Of a stretch of DNA of 64,000 nucleotides, positions 1-12,689 are shown one piece after another; position 1 is the first letter of the stretch; every line of letters starts with the position of its first letter. The notes beneath the pieces are model-generated. The model did no database searches, was not told the origin of the DNA, and saw only the letters and a program-made list of their open reading frames with translations. Source of the DNA: Mobula hypostoma (Eukaryota); assembly GCF_963921235.1 (NCBI RefSeq), contig NC_086097.1:111292001-111356000 (forward strand), in the 5' to 3' direction. Position numbers and translations under genes: made by a program.

Positions 1-640
1 TCACGAGGGAGTGAATAGAGGGATTCGGAGTACATGTGCATGATTCATTGAAGGTGGTGTCACGGGTAGACAGGGTGCTGAAAAAGGCATCAGTCAGGTA
101 GCCATGCATTGGAGGTAGTGCATTATGTTGCAGTTGAATAAGTCTTTGGTGAGGTTACACTTGGAGTACTGTGTAGTTTTTTTGATCCTCCTATTATATA
201 AAGGGTGAGATTAAGCCAGAATGATTTACAAGGATGTTGCCAGGACTAGAGGGCCTGTGTTATAAGAAGAGGTTGTGCAGACTAGGCTTTTATTTCTTCA
301 AATGTAGGAGAATAAGGACGCAACATTATCAAAATGTTTAAAACTATGAGTGAGGTGGCTTTTTCCTAGGGTAGGAGAATCTAAAACTGGGAGCATTGAT
401 TCAGAATGAGAGGGGAAAGATTTAAAAGGAACTTGAGGGACAACTTTTCATGCAGTGGGTGGTGATTCTGTGGAAAGAGCTACCAGAGAAAGTTGTTGAG
501 GTAGATACAATACTATCATTTAAGAAGTACTTGGATAGAATATGTGGACAGATATAGGCTGAATGCAGGAAATTAGGGCAATTTGGATGGGCACTGCATT
601 GACTGTTAAGTCCGAGGGGTCGGTATCCATGCTGTATTAT
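1..640 (+). mobile_element. Degenerate CR1-like LINE 3' fragment
   Basis: Homologous to the 3' part of CR1 ORF2 (e.g. ttggtgagg..cacttggagtactgtgt) seen in other copies here; boundaries approximate. Confidence 0.75.
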
Positions 641-1331
641 TTCAGAATCTATCTGCTGCTGTTCTTGGATTGGAAGTTGAACCTATAACCTTCTAACCAG
701 GATGGAAGGCAAATGCTCACATCATTTGATGTCTTTGGGAACCTAGAAGCAACTTCAGTTTGATTAACTTCAATTAACTCAGTTTTTCAAGATCTTAGAT
801 TATATACAGTAAGTTTAATTAATGCATGTCAGTTTACACAAGGCAAAATGAATCTGATAAGAAGCTGACTTGAACAATGTTGAAACAGTAACTTTGTTAT
901 TCCTGTTTAGCTAACTTAACTCACAAAAATTAAAATATTGCTTGTATTAAGCTTGGCAGAACTATAAGAACAATGCTCTACTCTCTGGTTGTCATATTTT
1001 ATCAAAATATGAACCAATTTGAAGCCTGAAGTTGCTGGAGTGTTTGGCTAGACATTTGTCTAATTTTAAAATTTGTAATATGTAGAGAGAATCAGTGGCT
1101 AAGGTGCTATCAATATGGTTGCCTGCCAAATTAGAACACATTACTCTAACAGTTAAACATCTGCCCATGATTTATACTTGTAGGCATCACTATGTGATGA
1201 CAGGCTTCATAGTCGTCATTGGAGATATAACTCAAGAACTGTAAGTTTCCTTTGTTGAGTGCATGGCACATTTCAAAGAAATGCATTATTGAGATAGTGG
1301 ACAGCTTTTAAAATCATGGCTTTTTTCACAG

Positions 1332-1385
1332 CCAACTGGAAGCAGCGTTTCTTCCCAAACAAGCTCATTACACAACAGCCCATGG
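1332..1385 (+). CDS. LRRFIP2: LRRFIP2 coding exon, 54 nt, phase 0/0 (PTGSSVSSQTSSLHNSPW)
   Basis: Acceptor ttttttcacag and donor gtaagg. The peptide loosely matches the Ser-rich PSECSYYSSRISSARSSPG segment of human LRRFIP2 as I recall it, and it is in frame with the next exon. Confidence 0.65.
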
Positions 1386-4300
1386 GTAAGGAAAGTGTCT
1401 GAGCATGTGAATAGTTCCCAGTTAATTCATTAAGTTGTTGATTAAAGCAGCAGTGTATTCTGAAAAGAATAAGGCACTGCAGCAGAAATTTATTCCACTG
1501 TAGATATAAATACAGTGAATGATAGAAATTGCACTGCAGTAAGTAACTTGAATGAGTTGACCTGTATAATGATTTCAGAACATATGATAGGCAGTAGGAG
1601 CAGGAAGAGCCCTTACAGGACCTTATGCAAGTTCTGCCATTCAGTTGGATAATGCTCATTCACTATTCTGTGCACTTTCATATTCAATTTTTATACTGCT
1701 TAATACCTTTCAGAATCTAGTATTTAAATCCCAGCTGAAGGCCTTCTGAAAATCCAAATATGAACTTTAAACGCTATTTCTCTTTCAGAAATCTCTATAA
1801 TTTTATTTTCCTGAGATTGTATCTTTTGTTATATATAGCATTCTTTTACTCAATTATAAATGCTGATCCATTCCTTTTTTCTTAAATAATACCATAAGAC
1901 ATGAGCAGAATTAGGCCATGCAGCCCCATTGAGTTTGCTCCACCATTCTATCATGGCAGATTTACTATCCCGCTCAATCCCATTCTCCTGCCTTTTCTCT
2001 GTAACCTGTGAAGCCCTGACTAATCAAGAACCTATCATCCTCCACTTTAAATATACTCAGTGACTTGGCCTCCGCAAAAGTCAGTAGAATTCCATAGGTT
2101 CACTATCCACTAACTATAAGAAATACTTCCTCATCTCTGTTCTAAATGGACATCCCTTTATTCTGAAGCTTTGCTTTCTGATCCTAGACTCACCCAATAT
2201 AGGAACCATCTTCCCCATGTTCACCCTATCTAGGCCATTCAATATTTGATAGGTAGGTTTCAATGATATCCCCTTCTCATTCTTCTAAACTCCAGCAGGT
2301 ACAGGCCCAGATCCATCAAATGCTCCTTGTACATTAAACTTTTGATACCTGGAATAATTCTCATGAACCTTCTGTGGACCCTGTCCAATGTCAGCACATC
2401 TTTTCTTACATAAGGGGCCCCAAACTGCTCACAATACTTAAAGTGTGGTCTGATCAATATCTTATAAAGCCTCAGCATTACATCCTTCCTTTAACATTCT
2501 AGTCCTCTTGAAATGAATGCTAGCATTGCATTTGCCTTCCTTTCCACCATTTCAATCTGTAAGTTATTTGTAGGGAATCCTTCAAGAGGACACCCAAATT
2601 CCTTTGTACCTCTGATTTTTAAAATTTTCTCCCTGTTTAGAAAATAGTCTACGCCTTCATTTCATCTTTCAAAGTCCATGACTATGCACTATATTCCATC
2701 TGGCACTTTGCCCATTCGCCCAATCAGTTAAAGTCCTTATGCAGCCTCCCTGTTTCCTCAACACTGCCTGCCCTTCCACCTGTTTGCATTTCATCCACAA
2801 ACTTGGCTACAAAGCCATTAATTCCATCATCCAAACTATTGACATATAATGTGAAAAGAAGCCTTCCCAACACCAACCCCTGCAAAACACTTGTCAGCAG
2901 CAGCCAACCAGAAAAGCCCCCCTTTATTCCCACTTTTTTCTTCCTGCCATTCAGTCAATCTTCTATCCCCATTTGTATCTTTCCTGTAATACCGTGGGCA
3001 CTTATCTTGTTAAGCAGCCTTGTGTGGCATCTTGTCAAAGGCCTTCTGAAAATCCAAGTAAACAACATCCACTCACTATCCTTTGTCTATTATGCCTGTT
3101 ATTTCCCCAAAGCATTCAAACAGATTTTTCAGCCAAGATTTTCTCTTAAGGAAACAATGCTAACTTTGGCTTATTTTATCATGTGCCTCCAAGTACCCTG
3201 AAACCTCATCCTTACTAATGGACTCCAACATCCTCCAACCACTGAAATCAGGCTAACTGGCCTATAATTTCTTTTCTTCTGCCTCCCATCCTTGTTTAAA
3301 GAGTGGAGTAATATTTGCAGTTTTCCATTCCTCTGGATACCATTCCAGAATCTAGTGATTCTTGAAAGATCATTAGCAATGCCTGCACAATCTTCAGCTA
3401 CCTCTTTCAGAACCCTGGGGTATAGTCTATCTGGTCCAGTTTACTTGTCTGTCATCAGACCTTTCAGCTTTCCAAGGACCTTCTTTTATTAATGGTAACT
3501 ACATTCCCGACACTCTTGAATTTCTGGCATACTGCTGGTGTCTTCCACACTGAAGACTAATGCAAAGCACGTATTAAGTTCGTCCGCTATTTGTTCCCCA
3601 TTGTGACCTATCCAGTGTAATTTTCCAGTGATCTGATAATTCATTCTTGCCTCTCTTTTGCTCTTCATATATTTTCTATTCTTTATATACAAGAAAAACT
3701 TTTGGTATCCTCTTCTATATTATGACAAGCATACCTTTCATCTTTTCTCTCCTTATTGCATTTTTTGTTGTCCTCTTTTGGTTTTAAAAGTTTCCCAATC
3801 CTCTAACTTCCCACTAATCTTTGCTCTATTATGTGCCCTTTCTTTTGCTTTTATGTTGTCTTTGATTTCCCTTGTCAGCCACAGTTCCCTCATCCACCCT
3901 TTGGAATACTACTTCATCTGTGGATCTTGAGCCTTCTGAATTATCCCCAGAAATTCCAGCCACTGCTGTTCTGCCATCATCCTTGCTAGTATCCCCTTGC
4001 AATTAACTTTAGCCATCTTCTCTCTCATGGCTCTATAATTCCTTTTACTCCACTGGAATACTGAGACATCTGACTTTATCCTCTCCCTCTTAAACTGTAG
4101 GGTGAATTCTATCATATCATGATCACTGTCTCCTGAGGGTTCCTTTATCTTAAACTTTCTAATAAAATCTGGTTCATCACACAACACCGAATCCAGAATT
4201 TCCTTTCCCCAAATTCCCTCAATGACAAGCTGCTGTAAAAAGTCACCTCGTAGGCATTCTACAAATTCCCTCTCTTGGGATCCAGCATCAACCTGATTTT

Positions 4301-4986
4301 TCCAATCTATCTGCATATTGAAATCCTCTATCACTATGGTAGTAGTGCTCTTTTTCTATCTCCGTTGTAATTTGTATCCCACATCCTGGCTACTGTTCAG
4401 AGGCCTTTCTGTAACTTGCATCAGGGTCTTTTTACCCTTGTAGCTTCTTGACTCTTCCCACAAGGCTTCTACATCTTCCCATCCTGTCTCACCTCTTTCT
4501 AATGATTTGATTTCATTTTTTACCAACAGAGCCACCCCAGCCCCTCTGCCTACTTGCCTGTTGTTTTGATACAATTTGTATTTTTGGATGTTAAGCTCCC
4601 AACTATGATGTTGTGGGCAACAACTCAGTGATGCCCACAACATCATACAATACTTGCTAATCTCTATCTGTCATACAAGATCACCTAACTTATTTTGTAT
4701 ACTGTATACATTTAAATATAACACCTTCAGTTCTGTATTCATCACTTTTTTCAATTTTGCCCCATGTTACACTTTAACTCAACCTACTGGCTGCAAATTT
4801 TCCCTATCTGCCGTCTGTCCTCACAGTCTCGCTACATGCTGCATCTACTTGCATACCAACTGCCCTGTCCCCAGCCCTATCACTGAGGTTCCCATGTCCC
4901 TGCTAAATTAGGTTTAAACCCTCCCCATCAGCTCTAGCAAACCTGCCCGTAAGGATATTGGTCCTCCTCAGGTTCAGGTGTAAACT

Positions 4987-5238
4987 CATACAACAGGAAT
5001 TCTGCAGATGCTGGAAATTCAAGCAACACACATAAAAGTTGCTGGTGAATGCAGCAAGCCAGGCAGCATCTCTAGGAAGAGGTACAGTCGACGTTTCAGA
5101 CGGAGACCCTTCGTCAAGACTAACTGGACTTCGCCAGTTAGTCCTGACGAAGGGTCTCGGCCTGAAACGTCGACTGTACCTCTTCCTAGAGATGCTACCT
5201 GGCCTGCTGCGTTCACCAGCGACTTTTATGTGTGTTGC
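4987..5238. mobile_element. Penelope-derived palindromic mini-element (inverted terminal repeats, 6-nt loop)
   Basis: Arms 5021-5127 and 5134-5240, loop acttcg; 14-bp TSD ttcaggtgtaaact at 4973-4986 and 5239-5252. Confidence 0.9.
5140..5175 (+). ncRNA. Minimal type I hammerhead ribozyme motif
   Basis: agtc-CTGACGA-agg(gtctcgg)cct-GAAAC-GTC-gact: intact core, stem I agtc/gact, 3-bp stem II, vestigial stem III; predicted cleavage after 5171. Confidence 0.8.
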
Positions 5239-6049
5239 TTCAGGTGTAAACTGTCCTTTTTGCACAGGTCATACCTTCCCCAGATTGGAATTAAGGAATC
5301 CCCTATCACTACTTCGCTCCTCTTCTCTCCCCTTCCTTTCTGAGCACAAAGCCAAACTCAATGCCAGAGACCTGTCACCATGGCTTCCCCCTGGTAGGTT
5401 GTAACCCCCCCCCCACCCACCGACAACCACAAAGTGGTATACTTATCATTGAGTGAAACGACCACAGGAGTACTCTGCACTAGCTGCCTATTCCCTCCCA
5501 CTCCCCCTTGCCCCTCCCCTCCCCCTTCTTTGTCCCTTAACAAGCTTTATACAAAGCTTCAGAAATGGATGGAATAATTTCCAATAAGTTATTGAATAGT
5601 CAGAGACTTGCTCCCTAGTGAGAAGTTATTCTGGTGAAAGATGCAGAGACAGATGGAGATAGATGACCATTTGAATAATTCAGGAGATTTTATTTTTCAG
5701 CACTGTAGTAGAGTTCGCTCTCTGGGTATGACCTTTAAATTGTGTGGACTTTTGGTCTTGCCAAGATTAACTCAGTATCAGAATCAGGTTTGCTTTCTTC
5801 CTTTGCAAAATGCAATTCATTTCCCTGATCTTCTGTTTGAAATAGTGCTGAATAATAAGTTTGTATTATATCTAAGTGTATATAGATGGTCTGTACCTTT
5901 TGACTCCAAGGCAGGAGTTTTCTTCAGTGCCTCTCCAGGTCTTGATTTCTGTCCTTTTTTTCTCTGCATTTGGGCTCTTCACAATATTCGCCGTGAACCT
6001 TTCAAATTATTATTTCAAATGAGTTTGTGACAAATGTATTTCATCCACT

Positions 6050-6865
6050 GGTATTGGCACTGCTTTCCCTTGGAATTTAATGACTTCAGGAACTGCACTT
6101 TAACCATTTATCCCGTGGTGTTGCCAATTTGAGGGATCTTTGGACTTGGACACTAAGATCCCTCTTGCATCAATATTGCTAAGGATCCTATCATTTACTC
6201 TGTTCTTTCCCCTTGCATTTGACCTCCAAAATGCAACACCTCACCCTTGACTGCATTAAACTCTTATCTACCATTTCTCTGTCCATATCTGCTCTATATT
6301 TTGATGACCTTCTTTAGTATCCAAAACTCTACCAATTTTTGTGTTGACTTCAAACATGCTAATCAGTTCATCCACATTTTTATCCAAGTCTATGTATATC
6401 ACAAATAACCAGCCCCAGCACTGATCTTTGCACTTCACTGCTGGTCGCAGACCTTCAGTTAGAATAACATACCTCTAACATCCTCTTTGCTCCAGGCGGT
6501 GGGGACGGGTGAGAGAAAGTGCTAGACTATCCAGTTTCCCATTATAATCTAAATACCCCATTGCCCTCCTTCTCAAATTATGTTAATATTCTTGTAAATC
6601 GTTTCTGCATGCTCTCCATATCAATAGCAGGGTGACCAGAAGTGCACACGGTACTCTAAACGAGGCCTTATCAACAATTGTTGACGTCCCAGCTCCTGCA
6701 CTCAGTATTCTGAATAGTGATGCAGTTTGTATGACATGATCTGCCCCGCACAATGTCATGCTGACTATCCCAAGTAAGCCAATGTTTTTCCAAAGGTGAG
6801 TAAATCCTTTTCCTAAGAATCCCCACAGATAGCTTCCTTAGCACTCACTAATCTATAATTTCCTG
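6050..6865 (-). mobile_element. Old CR1-like fragments
   Basis: Antisense similarity to CR1 RT-region copies elsewhere in the window; no long ORF. Confidence 0.6.
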
Positions 6866-6869
6866 GATC

Positions 6870-7845
6870 CTGCCTCTGGGACCCCTTCTCTTTGTGATTT
6901 TTATAAATGACCTGGATGAAAAAGTGGAGGGATGGGTTAGTAAATTTGCTGAATGACACAAAGGTTGGGGGTGTTGTGGATCGTGTGGAGAGCTGTCAGA
7001 GGTTACAGTGGGACATTGATAGGATGCAAAACTGGGCTGAGAAGTGGCAGATGGAGTTCAACCCAGGTAAGTGTGAGGTGGTTCATTTTGGTAGGTCAAA
7101 TATGATGGCAGAATATAGTATTAATGGTAAGACTCTTGGCAGAGTGGAAGATCAGAGGGATCTTGGGGTCTGAGTCCATAGGACACTCAAAGCTGCTGTG
7201 CAGGTTGACTCTGTGGTTAAGAAGACATACAGTGCATTGGCCTTCAACAACCGTGTGATTGAGTTTAAGAACTGAGAGGTAATGTTACGGCTATATAGGA
7301 CCCTGGTCAGACCCCACTTGGAGTACTGTGCTCAGTTCTGGTCACCTCACTACAGGAAGGATGTGGAAACTATAGAAAGGGTGCAGAGGAGATTTACAAG
7401 GATGTTGCCTGGACTGGGGAGCATGCCTTATGGAATAGATTGACTGAACTTGGCCTTTTCTTCTTGGAGTGATGGAGGATGAGAGTGTCCTAGTAGAGGT
7501 GTATAAGATGATGAGAGGCATTGTTTATGTGGATAGTCAGAGGCTTTTTCCCAGGACTGAAATGGCTAGCATGAGAGTGCATAGTTTTAAGGTGCTTGGA
7601 AGTAGGTACAGAGGAGACGTCAGGGGTAAGTTTTTTATGCATAGAGTGGTGAGTGCGTGGAATGGGCTGCCGGCCATGGTGGTGGAGGCGGATACGATAA
7701 GGTCTTTTAAGAGACTTCTGGAAAAATACATGGAGCTTAGAAAAATAGAGGGTAACCTTAAGTAATTTCTAAAGTAATTACATGTTCGGCACAGCATCAT
7801 GGGCCGAAGGGCCTGTATTGTGCTGTGGGTTTTCTATGTTTCTAT
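6870..7845 (+). mobile_element. 5'-truncated CR1 LINE (RT C-terminal region + 3' UTR)
   Basis: ORFs 6907..7173 (LQWDIDR..WQMEFNPGKCEVVHFG) and 7469..7765; (ttctatg)n-type tail. Confidence 0.9.
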
Positions 7846-8095
7846 CTCTCTTGCCTTTTTTAAACAGTCAGTAGAGATAATCCAGGAAATTATAGGCCAG
7901 TGAACAATATAAGGATCTTTGCCAACATCCCAGCAATCTCCTCTTGTGCCTTTCTCAATAACTTGGGATAGAACCTGTAAGGCTCTGGGGATTTATCCAC
8001 CTTAATGTTCTTCATTGGACCCAACACCACCTCTTCCTTCATTCTGACGTACTGTAGATTATTAGCATAACCTAAACTCAATTTGCTTTTTTCTG

Positions 8096-10048
8096 CAGTG
8101 CCTTGAAAAAATATACAGCCCCTAGCCCTTTGTTCACATAAATTAGTGTTACAACCAGGAATTTTGATAATTTTAACTTAGAATTTTTTATTTGTGAATA
8201 AAATGCTTCTTTTTCACAGTACAACCCAAAAATATAGGAAAAGTTGTAAAGCATGAAAAACTAATAATTCAAAAACTGGCATGTCAGCTCTTCAAAAGTA
8301 TTCATCCCTCTTTTCTCAGTACTTAGCTGAACCACCTCACACAGCTATTTCAGCCAGTAGTCTTTTTGGTTAAGTCTCCCTTCCTGTTTACCCTGTATAC
8401 CTCAGACTTTAGATACAACACTGAGTAATATCATCTGCAGAAATTCTTTGATGACTGGGCAATAGTTGGGTGTAGAAAGGGAGGACGGAAGGACAAATAC
8501 TTCGTCAAATGGTGCAACCTGAATCATCTGCAGCTCATCATCAGTAAGACAAAGGAGATGGTGATGGGCATCAGGAAGACTAACAATAGGAAGACTAATC
8601 CTGCACTGCTCCCTGTTACTATTGACGGTGAGGATGTGGATGTGGTGAGGACCTACAAGTATCTGAGGGTTCAACTGGATGTCAGACTTGAATGGAGCAC
8701 CAACACAGAGGCTGCATACAAGAAGGGCCAGAGTTGCCTCTACTTCCTGAGGAGACTGATTTTCAGGCCTCTCCTTCATATGTTCTACCAATATGCTGTT
8801 GCCAATACAATCTTGTATGCGGTGATGTGCCGGGGAAATGATATCAACACGGGTGATGCCAACAGGCTCAGTAAACTGATTAGAAAGGTTGTTTCTGTTA
8901 TAGGAGTCAAACTGGACACACTGGAGGCTGTGGTAGAACAAAGGACCCTCTGGAAAATCCTGGCAATTCTGGATAATGTTTCTTACCCTCTGCATGCCAC
9001 CTTGGCTGAACAGAGTAGTACTTCTAGTAGTAGACTAAGACAACTGCGCTGCTCCAAAGAGCACTATATGAGGTCATTCTAACCTTCAGCTCTATAATGA
9101 GTCAACATGTAGCCAGGGTAGTGATGACCTCCTCCTGTTTTACTGTTTGAGGTAACTTATTTTTTTATTCTTTCTTTCTTCTCTTCTAATATTTGTATAT
9201 CTGTGCATTGTAATTTCCTTTGGGATCAATAAATTATCTATCTTTCTATATTAGCTTTTCACTATGTGCTGGAGCAAGATTTGTCATTCCTCCTTGCAAA
9301 ATTGCTCAAACTGTGCCAGGTTAGTTCAGGAGCTGTGGTGGGCAGCAAACCTGAGGTATTGCCAGAGATGTTCGATCAGATTAAGGTCAGGACTCTGACT
9401 GGGCCACTCAAGGACATCAGCCACTCCATAGTTGCTCCGGCAGTGTGCTTTGGGTCGTTGTCCTGCTGATGCTACCTACACCATACTTTATATAGAGAGT
9501 GATCCTGAATAAAAACGTGCTAGCCTCTGCCAGAACACTTAAACTGGGGAGGAAGTTCATCTTTCAACAAGACGATGATCCAAAGCACACTGCTAGAGCA
9601 ACTATGGAGCGTCTTCACATAAAGAAAACTGATGTCCTTGAGTGGCCCAATCAGAGTCCCAACCTTAATCCTATCAAATGTCTCTGGCAAGACCTCGAGA
9701 TTGCTGTCCACCACCACACCCCAACTAATCTGGCACAGCTTGAGCAATTTTGCAAGAAGGAATTGACAAATCTTGCTCCATCATATTGTGTGAAGTTAAT
9801 AGACTTATTGAAAAAGACTACTGGCTGTAATAGCTGCGAGAGGTGGTTCAACTAAGTACTGAGCAAAGGGGGATGAATATTTTTGAACTGCTGACATTTC
9901 AGCCTTTGAATTTTTAGTTTTTCATGCTCTGAAAAAAGCAGCATGTGACTAACGAATAAAAATTCTGCTAAATTGATCAAAATCCTGGTTGTAATACTCA
10001 TTTATGTGAACAAACAGCTGGGGGGCTGAATACATTTTCAAGGCACTA
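8096..10048 (+). mobile_element. Non-autonomous Tc1/mariner element with extended inverted arms, interrupted by a LINE
   Basis: Termini cagtgccttgaaaa / ttttcaaggcacta+TA; transposase remnant ORF 9499..9855 (FQQDDDPKH..WPNQSPNLNPI). Confidence 0.88.
8380..9248 (+). mobile_element. Rex/Babar-like non-LTR retrotransposon 3' fragment nested in Tc1
   Basis: ORF 8558..9082 (YKYLRVQLD..W..KKGQSCLYFLRRL); aataaa + tcta-type tail. Clade call is from motif recognition only. Confidence 0.7.
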
Positions 10049-10516
10049 TATGTTCTTCTTCTTCTTAGTGAATATTTGTTCAGTATCTCACCCATATCCA
10101 CTAACTTCAGGTATAAATTCCCTTGAAAGGTCTTTAGTTATCCTCTTGTTTGTATATGTATAAAATTCCTTTGTATTTTCCTTAATCCTTCTTGGCCCTG
10201 TTAATCCCTTTGAGTTCTTCCCTACTTTCTTTCTGTTCCTTAAGTGCCTGTCTGATTTTAGCTTCCTTAACCTTATGTAAGTTTACTTTTGCTTTTTGAC
10301 TAAACTTCCAACATCTCTCAGCATCCAGAGTCACTGTATGTTACCATCCTTGTCTCTCCTCCTCACTGGAACATCTTGGTCCTGAATTCTGATCAGCTAG
10401 TCTTTAACTGACTCCCACATGCCTGATGTGAACTTGTCTAAGTTCAGCTGCTCCCAGTCTACTCTTCCTAGCTCCTGTCTAATAATGTTGTAGTTTGTCC
10501 TCCTCTAATTTAGTAT

Positions 10517-10774
10517 CACACATCAAAGTTGCTGGTGAACGCAGCAGGCCAAGCCGCATCTGTTGGAAGAGGTGCAGTTGACGTTTCAGGCCGAGACCCT
10601 TCGTCAGGACTAACGAAAAAGTAACGAAAAAGTGTTAGTCCTGACGAAGGGTCTCGGCCTGAAACGTCGACTGCACCTCTCCCTACAGATGCTGCTTGGC
10701 CTGCTGCGTTCACCAGCAACTTTGATGTGTGTTGCTTGAATTTCCAGCATCTGCAGAATTCCTGTTGTTTGCGT
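10517..10774. mobile_element. Penelope-derived palindromic mini-element with 19-nt spacer
   Basis: 98-bp arms 10517-10614 / 10634-10731; spacer gaaaaagtaacgaaaaagt; 13-bp TSD tctaatttagtat at 10504-10516 and 10775-10787. Confidence 0.92.
10637..10672 (+). ncRNA. Minimal hammerhead ribozyme motif (mirror copy on - strand at 10576-10611)
   Basis: agtcCTGACGAagggtctcggcctGAAACGTCgact; the - strand copy has an intact core with one stem I mismatch. Confidence 0.8.
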
Positions 10775-11117
10775 TCTAATTTAGTATTTTCACTCAAGGT
10801 CCTGATTTATAACTTTCTGAAAACTTAAGAAGTATTTCTTGAATAATTGTAAACTTGTTATGTTTTTGATTAAAATTAGTTATCATTTGAGGGAGAAAAT
10901 CACCTTACAGCTGAACTGTTGAACATTTAACAGTTTAACAATTAACTGTCCAATTGGAGTCTTGGAGTATTTTTAAGTTAAAGTCTTTTATCTCATTTGC
11001 ATTCTCATGTGAAGAGCTGTACATTTTTTTAAAAAAAGAGACCTGTTAAGTTTCTTGAAACTGATATAACTGTCATCAAGATTTGTTCCATATTTGATTT
11101 ACCTGAACTGTTCATAG

Positions 11118-11186
11118 AATTCAGATGATGAAACGTTAAGCACCGTATCCCAAGATAGTTTCAACCGGGAGCGTTATGACAGTATG
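11118..11186 (+). CDS. LRRFIP2: LRRFIP2 coding exon, 69 nt (NSDDETLSTVSQDSFNRERYDSM)
   Basis: ttcatag / gtgagt splice sites; resembles the recalled human segment NDDTASIVSSDRASRGRRESV; TGCATG 15 nt downstream. Confidence 0.75.
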
Positions 11187-11614
11187 GTGAGTTGTTTCTC
11201 TGCATGTGGAAATGCATTCTGTGGCATGAGCCCTCAGTGATACGTGGTGTTGTTTGATTCTTCCAAACATTCTGGCTTATTTGGATTGTTGTTTCAGCCA
11301 AAGTAGTGATAGATTGAACATATTTTATTGGTTTTAAAATGGCAATTTGTTTTGATGCCATTGTTTCAAAACCGCACATGATAGAGATCAGAGCGCAGAA
11401 AACGCTACTGATGCTTTGCAGCATTGGGAAACAGATTAGGCTGTTTATGTTTTGCATAAAACTCTTAATTCGAACTGTAAAGCAAAAGATATACAAGCCT
11501 TCTAGTAGCCATACAGAAGAAATAGATAACAGGTACAATAGATTAATTAAGTAGGTTAAATCATCGGCTTCTAAAGGAAAGCATGATACTTTCAGATAAT
11601 GTTTTAATGTTAAT

Positions 11615-12060
11615 GAACAACACAAACAAAATGCTGGAGGAACTCAGTAGGTCGGTTGGCATTTTTTGCAGGGAAATAAACAGTTGACATTTTGGGGTGA
11701 GACCATGCAGCAGGTCTAGAAATGAAGTGGACAGAGTCAGAATAAAAAGGTGGGGAAGAGGGAAGGAATATAAGCTGACAGGTAAGGTGATGGGCAAGAC
11801 CAGGTAATGGGTAAGGCGGGTGGGTTGATGTAAGAAGCTGGGAGGTGATAGGCAAAAGAAGTACAGGGCTGAAGGAGGAGGAACGTGGAAGGAATGGATA
11901 GTGGACCATGGAATAAAGAAAGGGGTGACGAACCAAGGGAGGTGATGGGCAGATTGTGAGGGTGGGGACAGAGAAGAGAAGGGGCAAAAGGACCACCAGA
12001 ATGGAGGAAAACGAAAAGGCTGGGGGAATAGGAAAGAGAGAAGAGATTATTGGAAGATCT
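11615..12060 (-). mobile_element. Old Penelope-like 3' UTR/terminal repeat remnant
   Basis: Degenerate version of the young terminal repeat (aaaatgctggaggaactcag..cagttgacatttt) followed by the purine-rich UTR. Confidence 0.65.
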
Positions 12061-12689
12061 GGTCAAGATGGCACTGAGCTGCAATATCCAGTGTTTTTTA
12101 GATTCATAGTTATGGCTTTGGGGACACCATGGGGAGCTAGGAGTTAGGTTAGAGATTAGCGACAGGCATTAGGGAGCCAAGGGCAGTAAATTAAGAGTCA
12201 GGAACAGGAGCCAATGTTTGGGTCAAGTTGGCGCTGAGTTCTAATGTCTGTTGATGTCATGGCTCAGATTTTATTGTTTAGGTTTATAGGGATAGTCTGG
12301 CAATAGTGTGAGGAGATAAGGGTCAGCTTAGAGTTAAGGATAGGGATGAGAGAGATTGAAGAGTTGGGCAGGAGTTGGCGTTCAGAGCCCAGGTTGAAAT
12401 GCTCCACGGTCAAAAATCAACGATCTGAATGTCAATTGGGTCAGCAAACACTGAATAGAATAGTGATCCCCAGATCCTCAAATCCCAAGCCAGAGGTCCA
12501 TAAGGGCAGGGGTTTCAAGGGATGCTGACCCTTCCCTCCCCCCCACCCCCAGCCATCAGTTTGGATGTGCTTGCGAGTTTGGAAGTTGCAATCCAGATGG
12601 GTCGGGTGAGTTGAAGGGAAAGATGTGCCTGGTGGTAGGATTCTCTTGGAGGTAGTTGCGGAGAATCCAGAGTATCTAAGTTCTGATAG

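Larger units (their letters stand above)
1891..5490 (-). mobile_element. Long decayed CR1 LINE (ORF1 remnant, APE endonuclease, RT) interrupted by a Penelope-derived palindrome
   Basis: ORF fragments 2260..2478 (LYKILIRPH), 2724..2933 (QGLVLG..LFTLYVN..KFVDE, RT) and 3909..4334 (DFN..SDHDMIEF, APE). Confidence 0.88.

Noticed and set aside
1273..1659. 128-aa - strand ORF
   Set aside because: It is antisense to an LRRFIP2 exon and intron, with no recognisable domain.
4903..5404. Overlapping ORFs on both strands over the palindromes (also at 10516, 20696, 34046)
   Set aside because: They are by-products of a stop-poor GC-rich repeat and its inversion, with no protein motif.
5701..5725. Possible extra microexon (ttttcag|cactgt...ctgg|gtatga)
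   Set aside because: 25 nt would break the frame between phase-0 exons, and I see no LRRFIP similarity.
12145..12350. TTAGG/TTAGGG-like words suggesting interstitial telomeric repeat
   Set aside because: Only scattered words, no tandem array.
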